Shown piece by piece: positions 10,201-18,586 of a DNA stretch of 64,000 bases (its first letter is position 1; each line of letters begins with the position of its first letter). Location of the stretch: NCBI GenBank assembly GCA_947629985.1, contig CANRFV010000007.1, positions 3,439-67,438 on the forward strand, in the 5' to 3' direction. The position numbers and the translations under genes are program-made. Below the pieces are notes generated by a model. That model searched no databases. It worked only from the letters and a program-made list of their open reading frames with translations, and had not been told where the DNA came from. Origin of the DNA: an uncultured Clostridia bacterium (GTDB taxonomy: Bacteria > Bacillota > Clostridia > Christensenellales > CAG-314).

Positions 10201-10404
10201 AACCAAACCTTGGAATACGACGCCTTGCCCGACGACATAAAAGCGGCGGCGTATATCAGCGTGTTGCTCGGCGCGCCCAATACCGACACGTCGGACGGCA
10301 GATGGCTGATATTCGAAGAGCGCATTGCAATAGACAAAAAGTCGCTTTCCGCAATGTTGCGCAAAGTGGGCAATCTAAGTTACGTTGTAAGCGTAACCAA
10401 ATAA
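7252..10404 (+). CDS. SbcC/SMC-like long coiled-coil protein with degenerate ATPase motifs
   Basis: Globular N- and C-termini resembling SbcC head halves flank ~800 aa of heptad-rich sequence; no Walker A or LSGG. Confidence 0.65.
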   Translation: MLIRKVIATDIKSKQKVTFNFATASGGKDVVTLRGGKLNRYLEYVFKEGVDCQSDVEVWFDVNSDKFILSRTHGDNGGSRSVLKKYVDGHWQVAARNRAVNYVEDLINEQLADMLKINYVNNKAIADFHGNLQAIDEIALLADINDGIAKSMTQADALKQNALRRVREYSADANDASFERLDEVNSQLDAVARDITVATAQLGELKAKQGVDALRKDIEAELDKSQIKYGKLMSRHSEIEDARAKVKLRDDLELVIPKVKTLKSIGQQRGEHDRRRQEIQSELDWQQNELDVITKQLEEKQQQFDVSQDKRNRIERINGELSYIASLYDKNKRLNETLLELNDQQERLTAEKALYNNKLENIEKSINEVRESLDSFEIPASSVSELLELVRVDVKIDEVNAQIDKLQSEITVRESQIAEKESNLVIKVKRFRAVADLDVAVTPIKAKDTILQVLDTKYSKLESINTSLKEKQRNFERALEDYKYRIIQLEQSRNVLVAERDKAMTRKQEEFKREVYLNSQKVYSDDSTGVFAVTANFHDQEMEDFDKKIVQRNLDRDNLLERAFNLDGAIKEIKRHIEINSAEMESLQREKDNINARYNEIVAQNSSEAVFNYLKALSTDNGTKYLLDMQQDSVRSEAELAELKRTTEAQRTKLSSLKSRLKYLQETQQSLDDGSTSIDSLIATNDKIKDELTDIGGRLSSGYEQYKAVSRQLESVESKLEDVRAAIIEVSKTVKVNENQIAESTEKAKVYAGSDNIEQAVANFKYELGDVESERQMLIESKQNAEREVFKKRLDLEKAQWLYETKCAEYRDLYQELQFELNLKGLDVDKIAAMDFDINLDGLRKIIAEYDTTCANVSEKIDNLCAILKSQPVFTFSPDEIAQKEAEIAKLQSRQRELEASRNRQLSSYAAASTARQKATVAATEARTLANMRDAINHNKIIALLIDDKLNSIVNSANKYLQALTSNRYKLVRDKFRLFAVCDNQTLEYDALPDDIKAAAYISVLLGAPNTDTSDGRWLIFEERIAIDKKSLSAMLRKVGNLSYVVSVTK

Positions 10405-10428
10405 AATTCGCCGGGGGGGGTACATATT

Positions 10429-10851
10429 ATGCTATATCAACAACTAAAAGACGCCAACATAACCGCGCTTAAAAATCACGATACCGTTGCGCGCTCCATT
10501 TTGTCGGTAATACTCAACAAAGTAAAACTTGCCGAGATCGATCGCCGCGCCCAAAATGCGGAATTGACCGACGCCGACGTTGTGGCGGTTTTGCAAAAGA
10601 CGCTTAAAGAGTTGGAAGAAGAAAAACAGGCGTTTGCCAAGGCAAATCGCGCCGAAAACGTGCAGGTATTGGCACAGCAGATACAGTTTGTAAACGGCTT
10701 TTTGCCGCAAATGATGTCTGCCGAGCAAATAAAACAGGTAATTTTGTCGCTGGACGACAAATCCGTGCCCGCCGTTATGAAGCATTTTAAGGCAAACTAT
10801 GCCGGTCAGTGCGATATGCGCGAAGTGCAAGCCGTGTTAAAGTCGCTGTAA
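10429..10851 (+). CDS. GatB/YqeY domain protein
   Basis: YqeY-like pattern (LKDANITALKN...FLPQMMSAEQI...G.CDM). Confidence 0.85.
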   Translation: MLYQQLKDANITALKNHDTVARSILSVILNKVKLAEIDRRAQNAELTDADVVAVLQKTLKELEEEKQAFAKANRAENVQVLAQQIQFVNGFLPQMMSAEQIKQVILSLDDKSVPAVMKHFKANYAGQCDMREVQAVLKSL

Positions 10852-10872
10852 TGCGTGTGGGAGAAACGTTTT

Positions 10873-11436
10873 ATGGAAGAAATAGAATATAACAACAATA
10901 ACAATACCGCTTTGTGTCAAATAAAGTTCGAAACAAAACTCAACAATCAGGCGGCGCAGTCTCTTGCGCGCACTTCCATCAAAAGATTGTGGTGGGCTTA
11001 CGTACTGCTTTCGCTTATTTGGATAGTCGTCGGCGTAATAAATATCGTCAACCCCGACGAGCCGGACGTGGCGTTCGGCATTACATTGATCGTTGTCGGC
11101 GTGTTGTTTACACCCGTGTGCATAGCCATCACGTTTGCGGTGGTAAATCGCAACAACAAAAAAATGCCGCTGTTAAGCGACGAAACCACCGAAACTTACG
11201 TATTTACGCCCGATTTTGTTACGCTTACGCAGCGCAAGGGCAGCGACTACGAAAGCACAATGCGCGCCCGTTACAACTGTTTCAACAAGGTGGTAAGCAC
11301 GTCCACGCATTACTATGTGTATTTGTCCGCACAGCAGTGCCACGTAATAAGCAAACGCGACCTTGTAGAAGGTTCGCTTAGCGATTTGGACGATATATTT
11401 GCGCGCAATTTCGGCGCGGCGTTTGTAAGAAAATAA
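10873..11436 (+). CDS. YcxB-like membrane protein
   Basis: Two TM helices then KVVSTSTHYYVYLS...HVISKR; start placed at ATG 10873. Confidence 0.65.
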   Translation: MEEIEYNNNNNTALCQIKFETKLNNQAAQSLARTSIKRLWWAYVLLSLIWIVVGVINIVNPDEPDVAFGITLIVVGVLFTPVCIAITFAVVNRNNKKMPLLSDETTETYVFTPDFVTLTQRKGSDYESTMRARYNCFNKVVSTSTHYYVYLSAQQCHVISKRDLVEGSLSDLDDIFARNFGAAFVRK

Positions 11437-11452
11437 ATTTTTCCGATCAAAC

Positions 11453-11572
11453 GGAGCCGACCACACGTGCGTCGGTCGCTTATACCGCTCGCATATCCCC
11501 TGCAAAAAGGCTTTGCTTCGCGCACTGTGTGCGCTCGTTGCAGATTATTTTGCAGTGGATACACTCGCTCAG
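11453..11572 (+). repeat. REP-like hairpin plus sub-repeats of the 4.2-4.7 kb family
   Basis: GGAG-CCGACCACACGTGCGTCGG; CTCGCATATCCCCTGCAAAAAGGC; CTCGTTGCAGATTATTTTGCAGTGGATACACTCGCTCAG. Confidence 0.85.
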
Positions 11573-11574
11573 GG

Positions 11575-11892
11575 TGTTCGCTAACGCGAACAGTGATATT
11601 TACGCGCAAGCGCGTAAGTGTTATTCGCCTACGGCGAGTGTTATTTTTCCGCCGTTGGCGGAAAAGTGTTATTTTGCCTATCGGCAAAGTTAAGGTTGAC
11701 ATTATTTGAAAATTATTATTGCCGAAAGAGATTATCCTTCGGCAATTATTTTTTATTACAACAAGTTGTTCAATTAACGGTTCCGCAACTGTTTGCGTAG
11801 CAAACAATCTCACTATTCGCGACAGCGAATAATCTCACTTACGCGCTTGCGCGTAAATCTCACTTTTTCGCCGCAGGCGAAAAAATAACACT
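11575..11892. repeat. Two facing arrays of a 9-nt linker (AGTGWKATT) alternating with variable hairpins
   Basis: Linkers at 11592, 11617, 11637, 11665 (+) and 11806, 11831, 11856, 11884 (-). Confidence 0.8.
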
Positions 11893-11962
11893 TTGCTGTA
11901 AGACAAAACATTTGCCTTACAGCAAAATATAACTGCGCAGCATTTCGCGCAAGCGAACAATC

Positions 11963-12508
11963 TTACTGCAAAGCAGGCGTCAGCGCAACCGTATACAGCG
12001 GCTTGTATTGCACGCCGTCCGCGCCGAACACGCTTTCGTACAGCACAACGTTGCACGCGTAAAACGGCTTGTTGTACACTTTTACGTTCTTGGTAACTTC
12101 CGAAAAGGGCAGCGTAAAGTTCTTTTTGCGTATCAACGTTACGTGCGGACGGTACGCGCGGTGTTCCACTTCAAAGCCGTCCCGTTCCAGATATTCGCCC
12201 AAACGGTCGTGCAGCGCAATCAAGTCGTTGCTTTGGCGCAACTTGGCGCACACAATATCGCTTGCGCGCAACAGCACAAATTGGCTTATTGCCAATTCCG
12301 GCGCGGGCATATCCTTTATTTTATCCATTGCGCTCTGCACGTAAATAACGTCGCTGGGCGCAACTTCGCCGAGAAAATGCAGCGTAAGGTGGAAGTTTTG
12401 CTTGGGCACAAAGTTTCCGCCCGCGGCAAATTGTTCAAACTGTTGCGACGACCTTTCCAAATTGTCCTTTGTTTTGTCGGGCAATTCCAATGCGACAAAA
12501 ATTCTCAT
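11963..12508 (-). CDS. thpR: RNA 2',3'-cyclic phosphodiesterase (2H family)
   Basis: MRIFVAL start; two HxT motifs (FHLTLHFLGE, PHVTL). Confidence 0.9.
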   Translation of the reverse strand: MRIFVALELPDKTKDNLERSSQQFEQFAAGGNFVPKQNFHLTLHFLGEVAPSDVIYVQSAMDKIKDMPAPELAISQFVLLRASDIVCAKLRQSNDLIALHDRLGEYLERDGFEVEHRAYRPHVTLIRKKNFTLPFSEVTKNVKVYNKPFYACNVVLYESVFGADGVQYKPLYTVALTPALQ

Positions 12509-12550
12509 AGTGTTACCTCGCGTATATTGTAACACATTTTTGTCGGGTAA

Positions 12551-14035
12551 TCAATCGGTAATTTTGCCCATTATTTCGGTACCTTCCACAAAACTGTTTA
12601 TTATGGTTGCAAGTTCCTTGCCGCCGCATTGGGCAAAACAATCGCACAGCAACGCCGAAGTGGCAATTTCAAACTGTCCGCAGTTATAGTAATCGCTCAG
12701 CGCCTTCCAAAACTTGGCTTCGCCCATTGTTTCGTACAGGGTATTAAACAGCAAACTGCCCTTTATGTAGGTAAATATTACGTATTCGCTGTCGTTTTTG
12801 TAAGCGTCAATCGGGCGCAGAGATCTGTCTACGTTTTCGTAATAGCGGTTAAGCACGTCTACGTACGTGGTGTAAGTTTTAATGCCCGCCATCATCTTTT
12901 GCGAAAGCGGCGCAATTCCGCTCTTGTCCATATACAAATATGTAACAAATTCGCACAATCCTTCGTCCAGCCAGGCGTCGGTTATCTGATTGTTGCCCAC
13001 CACGCCGTAAAACCATTGGTGCGCCGTTTCGTGCGCTATCGCTTCGCGGTACGCCGACGAACCGCTTGTTATCATTGTAATGTTGGGATATTCCATTCCG
13101 CCGTAGCAAAATTCCGTTTCCGCAACGGACAGTTGGCGGTAGGGGTACTTGCCCACGTTGGCGTTAAGCAATTGCATCATATCGCACGCGGTGGCAAGGC
13201 TTGTTTCGGGGTCGGTATCGGCGTAATAGTAGTAGTTTACTTCTATGCCGTCCGTTTGACGGGTAAGTTTTTTGTATTGCTTAGACAATACCATTGCAAA
13301 GTCGCGCACGGCGTCGGCGCTGTAAGTGTACGTAACGTTGCCGTTTGCGCTGTTCGCTTCCTGTATGTTTCCCGTTGCCGCCACGGTGTAGTCTTGCGGC
13401 AGGGTAATGGTAACGTTGTAATTGGCAACGTCGCTTACAAACGGATCGCCAATGCAGTAGTAGGGTGTGCAACTGTATGCGCCGTTATCTATGTGGCACA
13501 GTATGGGGTAAAAATTGCCCAAATTTACCGTCGCGTCGGTGTAGCCCAGCCTGTGCTTGATGTTGGCAAGCGTAACTTGGTAGGTCATTTCTATCGTGGT
13601 TTGCTCGTCGGGGTACAGCGTTTTGCCCAGCGGTACCGACAAAATGTCCATATCCGTGCCTTCCACGGTGTAAGCAACCGCAACGCCGTCCGCTTTTACG
13701 CTGTCCAGCGCAATGTCGCCGTAACTTTCGCCGTTGGGGTACGCCTGCGATTTGTATCCCGCGGGCACAACGCCGTTTTGCGCGTCCTGACGATATTGGT
13801 TGGCATATATGTGGAATTTTATCGCGTCCAGCGTGTTTTCGCTGCGATTGGTAATTTGCACGGTTTGCATAGCCGACAGCACGTGCGCGTTGTCGTCGTA
13901 GCCGGCAACAATGGTGTAAGTATCGCCGTTTTTTGTTGCGGTTTGCATTTTGTTTGCACTGCACCCCACAAGAGAACAGCACACCGCAGCGGCAACTATC
14001 AACAGCGCGGCAAATGTACACAGTAATTTTTTCAT
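12551..14035 (-). CDS. M1 family zinc aminopeptidase, putative lipoprotein
   Basis: GGMEYP, HETAHQWF-x-WLDEG, YIKG; signal peptide ending LVGC. Confidence 0.9.
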   Translation of the reverse strand: MKKLLCTFAALLIVAAAVCCSLVGCSANKMQTATKNGDTYTIVAGYDDNAHVLSAMQTVQITNRSENTLDAIKFHIYANQYRQDAQNGVVPAGYKSQAYPNGESYGDIALDSVKADGVAVAYTVEGTDMDILSVPLGKTLYPDEQTTIEMTYQVTLANIKHRLGYTDATVNLGNFYPILCHIDNGAYSCTPYYCIGDPFVSDVANYNVTITLPQDYTVAATGNIQEANSANGNVTYTYSADAVRDFAMVLSKQYKKLTRQTDGIEVNYYYYADTDPETSLATACDMMQLLNANVGKYPYRQLSVAETEFCYGGMEYPNITMITSGSSAYREAIAHETAHQWFYGVVGNNQITDAWLDEGLCEFVTYLYMDKSGIAPLSQKMMAGIKTYTTYVDVLNRYYENVDRSLRPIDAYKNDSEYVIFTYIKGSLLFNTLYETMGEAKFWKALSDYYNCGQFEIATSALLCDCFAQCGGKELATIINSFVEGTEIMGKITD

Positions 14036-14452
14036 AAATTCTCCCAATGCGTTTATTTCTGTATACATTTTATGGCGGATCGTGTAACGTTATGCCACAA
14101 CGGGTAACGCCGCGCGCACTTTGCGCATATATTAACGTATTGCGCTTGCGCTTGCGGCTCGTCGCATTGCTTGTCGCTCGCACGCGCGCTCGTATGCGGT
14201 TGCGTTTGCGGCGGCAAAACTCTTGTCGGCGTTGCGTAGGGCAACGCGCTTGCGGCGGCAGTAGTGCGTTTGCGCAAAAAAAATGCGCCTTGCGGTAAAC
14301 AAGCGCGCGCAAAATGGGTGGTAATACAATGTTTTGTATAATCAAGGTACATATTTATAAAGCATTTTAAGGTAAATGTCAATACCAAAGCGTAATAAAA
14401 AAATAAAATTACATTTTTTCATTAAAAAATCTCAAAAAGTGCGTTCATATAC

Positions 14453-14482
14453 TTGACGAAATGCGTTTTTCTATGGTAAAAT
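14453..14482 (+). promoter_or_regulatory. Putative sigma-A promoter of opp operon 1
   Basis: TTGACG-18 bp-TAAAAT with extended -10 TG. Confidence 0.6.
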
Positions 14483-14737
14483 CATTGCATTATCAACTGA
14501 GAATAGTTTATCGCCAACTTGCTCGGCTCCGAAGGTTCTCGTCGTTGAAGCGTAGCCACTAATTTAATAATTACGGAGACTCGGAGTCGCTCCATGGTGT
14601 AATTGCTATTAAATGTGATAGTAAAGCCTTGTTGCGTGCCGAGTATTTTTATTGTAATGGGCAACGCAAAATAAAAAGGTCAGGCGGTATTGATAAGCGC
14701 CCAATAAAGTATACACCTAATAAAAAGGTTAAGCAAC

Positions 14738-14816
14738 TCGATTGCAACTCGGGCATGAAGGACCCGATGCAAATAAATAAAAACTATTATATGGAGGAAA
14801 AAACAACAATGAAAAA
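14738..14816 (+). repeat. Outer inverted repeat, left copy (oppA1 leader/RBS)
   Basis: 14738-14805 is the exact reverse complement of 33415-33482 (68 bp); continues with a 1-nt indel through ATGAAAAA. Confidence 0.95.
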
Positions 14817-17490
14817 TTGGAAAAGACTATTGATCATAGTGTTGGTTGTCTGCATGATGACCGGCGTGTTGACAATAGTTGCTGCGTGCAATAAAGATTG
14901 CGGTATCGGCAAACATACAGACGATAACCACGACGGAATTTGCGACGTATGTAGTAAGGCAACTGTTTTCAAACACGTTGACGCAGATGGAGACAAAAAG
15001 TGCGACACTTGCGGAAAGGACATCGTTTACACGATGAACGATTACGTAAGCACCACACCTTCCAACTGGAATGAACTTAGTTCTACCGACGCAAACGATG
15101 ACGCTATTATGGGTTACATCGGTTCGTCGTTCTTCGGTTACGACTTCAAATTCGACGGTAACAAACGTAATGCAGACGGCACAATCAACGCCGCAGGTAT
15201 TATCGACGGTGAATTCGAAGTTACTTACGAAGCGGCAACCGCTCTCGAAGACGTAACGGAAGAATATGCGGAAGAATGGGATTATCTTACGGCTGCACAA
15301 GTTAAAGACGGCGGTTACATTTGGAAGATCACGTTGCGCGACGACCTTAAATGGGACGACGGCACACCCATCAAAGCGCAAGACTTTGTGTACACGATGG
15401 AACAACAATTGGATCCCAACTTCCAACTTGAACGTGCAAGCGAATACTACAACAACGCGGTAAAGATCCACAACGCAAAGAACTATTTGTATCAAGGACA
15501 AAAAGGTTGGTTTACCGGTCGTGCTTTCTCCGCTTACAGTGAAGATCTTGACGATATGTTGATATTTAGTTTGGGTAATCCCGAAGAAAACGCCGCTTAC
15601 AACGGAGTTGTTTGCGAAGTACGTACGGCTATAGGCTTCCCCGCAAATTATACGGCGGAAATGGTGGCAAAATACCTTATTCAAAACGGTATTAACAACA
15701 AGGTCGACGCGACAGTAGAAGAAATTGTCGCTTTGGAAGGCAAAACCCTTGCCGAAATCAAGGCAGATCCCGCTATGGAAGCGACCTGGAAGAAAGTTCT
15801 TGCAAGTTGGCAAACGGAACCCAACGAAGAACTCGACTTCTTTGTTGTAAACTACGAATATCCCGAAATGGACTTCAGTGAAGTTGGTATCTTTGCCGAA
15901 GGCGACTATGATATCGTATTGGTATGCGACAGCCCGATGCAATTCTTCAAAGATGACGGCACTCTGTCCTACTTGGCAGCTTACAACTTTGCCAGCCTGC
16001 CTCTTGTAAAGAAAGATCTGTATGAACAGTGCAAACACGAACCGCAAGCCGGTAGCACGCTGTGGACCACCACATACAACACTTCTCTCGAAACAAGCGC
16101 CAGCTGGGGTCCCTTCAAACTTACATACTTCCAAGCAGGCAGACAGTTCGAACTTTCTCGTAACGACAATTGGTACGGCTACGCCTTGGAAGAAAACAAA
16201 GGTTTGTATCCCGTTGACAAGATCGTAACGCAGGTAATCGAAACCGAAGCCAGTGCGCAATTGGCTTTCTGGAAAGGTCAAGTAGACAGCCTTGGTATCA
16301 GCGTAACCATTGCGGACGACTACAAGAACTCTCCGTATGCGATCTTCTCGCCGAGAGTTGCTACGTTCGGCGTACAAGTACAAGGTAACCTTGACGCTCT
16401 TGTAAAGAGCGGACGTAATAACGGTATACTTGCCATTCCCGAATTCCGTGAAGCGTTGTCGTTGAGCCTTGACAGAAACGAATACAACCGCAGACTGAGC
16501 ACGGCTAACCAACCTTGCTTGGGCTTGATGGGCGAAGACTACTACTACGACGTAGAAAACGGCGGCGTATATCGTTACAGCAAACAAGGTCAGGCTGCGT
16601 TGCTGCGTACTTACGGCTTTGAACAAAACGCTCAAGGTCAGTGGGTAGACAGCGCAACAGGTACCGTATATGCGTCTCAGGACGAAGCGGTTGAAGCGAT
16701 GACCGGCGTAAACCTTCCCCTTGCCAAAGAACTTGTAGAAAAAGCGTACAAAGAACTTGTTGACCACAAGGAAAAGTACAATTACGACGAAACTAAAAAT
16801 ATCGAAATTCAACTCGGCGCAGACTCTCCCGGCGAATCCGTAGACCGTACGGTTACGTTTATGCAGGAATGGGTTGACAATTTGACTTCCGGCACCAGCC
16901 TTGAAGGCAAAGTAAAGATCACTTCTCGTACAGACCTTGGCGAAGAATGGGCAGAAAAATTCCGCGATGGTACTTATGAATTGAGCACAAGCGGTATCGG
17001 TAACGCTCCGTTTGACCCCTTCTATCTGATGGCTGCCCACTTGGGTAACCTGCCCCAAGGCTCAAGCGTATCGTATCACCTGTATTGGGACGTTACTGCG
17101 GAAGATCTTGCAATAGCCATACCCGAAGTTGAAGGCGACTATGATCTCAAAGGCGAAACAGCAACGTTCTCTGTTGCAGAATGGTACAACATCCTTAACA
17201 GTCAATCCCAAGTTGCCAATCTCGGCGCAGGATTCGCTCCCGCGGCAGTGCGTCTTGAAATCTTGGCAAGATTGGAAGAATGTATATTGAAACACTATTA
17301 CACATTGCCCACCAGCCGTGGTATGACCGCTGCTCTTGGCAGTGCAAAATGGAGTTACATCACCAAGACCTACAACACAATGTTGGGATTTGGCGGAATG
17401 AAGTATATGACATTCAACTACGCCGATGACGAATGGGCAGCATTCGTACAAATGTACGGCGGCGACCTGAGAGACTTCTACAAAGGTTAA
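14809..17490 (+). CDS. oppA: Oligopeptide ABC substrate-binding lipoprotein (family 5), copy 1
   Basis: GGAGG RBS, lipobox IVAAC, LRDDLKWDDGTPIKAQDFVY, SWGPFKL, FREALSLSLDR. Confidence 0.9.
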   Translation: MKNWKRLLIIVLVVCMMTGVLTIVAACNKDCGIGKHTDDNHDGICDVCSKATVFKHVDADGDKKCDTCGKDIVYTMNDYVSTTPSNWNELSSTDANDDAIMGYIGSSFFGYDFKFDGNKRNADGTINAAGIIDGEFEVTYEAATALEDVTEEYAEEWDYLTAAQVKDGGYIWKITLRDDLKWDDGTPIKAQDFVYTMEQQLDPNFQLERASEYYNNAVKIHNAKNYLYQGQKGWFTGRAFSAYSEDLDDMLIFSLGNPEENAAYNGVVCEVRTAIGFPANYTAEMVAKYLIQNGINNKVDATVEEIVALEGKTLAEIKADPAMEATWKKVLASWQTEPNEELDFFVVNYEYPEMDFSEVGIFAEGDYDIVLVCDSPMQFFKDDGTLSYLAAYNFASLPLVKKDLYEQCKHEPQAGSTLWTTTYNTSLETSASWGPFKLTYFQAGRQFELSRNDNWYGYALEENKGLYPVDKIVTQVIETEASAQLAFWKGQVDSLGISVTIADDYKNSPYAIFSPRVATFGVQVQGNLDALVKSGRNNGILAIPEFREALSLSLDRNEYNRRLSTANQPCLGLMGEDYYYDVENGGVYRYSKQGQAALLRTYGFEQNAQGQWVDSATGTVYASQDEAVEAMTGVNLPLAKELVEKAYKELVDHKEKYNYDETKNIEIQLGADSPGESVDRTVTFMQEWVDNLTSGTSLEGKVKITSRTDLGEEWAEKFRDGTYELSTSGIGNAPFDPFYLMAAHLGNLPQGSSVSYHLYWDVTAEDLAIAIPEVEGDYDLKGETATFSVAEWYNILNSQSQVANLGAGFAPAAVRLEILARLEECILKHYYTLPTSRGMTAALGSAKWSYITKTYNTMLGFGGMKYMTFNYADDEWAAFVQMYGGDLRDFYKG

Positions 17491-17515
17491 TGTAGATTGT
17501 TTGTAATACTCAGCA

Positions 17516-17553
17516 CTTGATAGCGGGGGTGCAAACGCACCCCCGCTATTTAA
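17516..17553 (+). promoter_or_regulatory. Intercistronic stem-loop after oppA1 (mRNA stabiliser or partial terminator)
   Basis: ATAGCGGGGGTGC-AAAC-GCACCCCCGCTAT with a weak T-run. Confidence 0.7.
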
Positions 17554-17577
17554 GTAGTTACAAGGAGGAACAACTTT

Positions 17578-18585
17578 ATGTATATGTTCAAATACGTGCT
17601 TAAACGCTTGGCATTGATGTTGATGTGTTTTGCAATAATAATGCTTATGTGTTTTGTACTGATAAAAATGTTGCCCATTATTGTTACGGGAACGTTCGGC
17701 GTGGACACAAATATTCAGTATCTTAAATTGGAAGCACGCGGATACATAACAAACTTGCGTTGGGAAGGCACGCGAATTGTCGGTTTTGACAAGGTACCCA
17801 TACTAAAACAGCTGTGGCTATATCTTCAACGTATCTTCAGGGACGGGGACTTCGGTATTGGCACAAGTATGCCGCAATACGAAGGCAAACCCGTGTGGGA
17901 CGCATTTGTGTCCAGATTGCCCCCGACAATATTGATAAACATCTATTCCAGCCTGATAGGCGTACCTATCGGCTTGGGCTTGGGCATACTTGCCGCGCTT
18001 AAAAAGAACACTTGGATAGACCACGTAATAAGTACGGGCGTTATCGTGCTTATTTCGGTGCCGTCCATTGTTTACGCGCTGCTGATACTGTATGTGCTGT
18101 GCTTCAAGTTGCAACTGTTTCCGTTGCGAATGGACGCGGGAACCGACTACCTTAGTTGGTCGATGTTCAAGAGTATGATGCCGGCAACGCTGTCGCTGTG
18201 CTTGGGCAGTATTGCGGGCTATGCGCGCTTTACCCGCGCCGAACTTACCGAAGTGCTTACAAGCGAATTTATGCTGCTTGCGCGCACAAAGGGACTTACC
18301 CGCGGGCAAGCGACTGTGCGCCACGCTATGCGCAACAGCATGGTGCCCATCTTCCCCAGCATTTTGTCGGAATTTATTGCGGTTTTGTCGGGGTCGCTTA
18401 TTATCGAGCAGATGTTCAGCATTCCCGGCGTGGGCAGACTGTATCTTGACGCTATCAATGCCAAGGACTACGACTTCTTTATGTTGCTGTCGGGTTTCTA
18501 CTGCTTGGTGGGACTTGCGGCAGGCATTGTTGTAGATATAAGTTACGGATTTATCGATCCGCGTATCAGAATGGGGGCGAGATAA
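17578..18585 (+). CDS. oppB: Oligopeptide ABC permease OppB, copy 1
   Basis: LARTKGL EAA-type motif, GSLIIEQMFSIPGVG, DPRIR. Confidence 0.92.
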   Translation: MYMFKYVLKRLALMLMCFAIIMLMCFVLIKMLPIIVTGTFGVDTNIQYLKLEARGYITNLRWEGTRIVGFDKVPILKQLWLYLQRIFRDGDFGIGTSMPQYEGKPVWDAFVSRLPPTILINIYSSLIGVPIGLGLGILAALKKNTWIDHVISTGVIVLISVPSIVYALLILYVLCFKLQLFPLRMDAGTDYLSWSMFKSMMPATLSLCLGSIAGYARFTRAELTEVLTSEFMLLARTKGLTRGQATVRHAMRNSMVPIFPSILSEFIAVLSGSLIIEQMFSIPGVGRLYLDAINAKDYDFFMLLSGFYCLVGLAAGIVVDISYGFIDPRIRMGAR

Positions 18586-18586
18586 T

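Noticed and set aside
11575-11892. Mini-CRISPR or simple terminators
   Set aside because: Constant part is only 9 nt, variable parts are self-complementary, and most hairpins lack U-tracts.
14827-17058. 743-aa antisense ORF (also 12629..14026, 18566..20068, 31472..32719 and similar)
   Set aside because: Shadow frames opposite well-supported genes, with no recognisable motifs.
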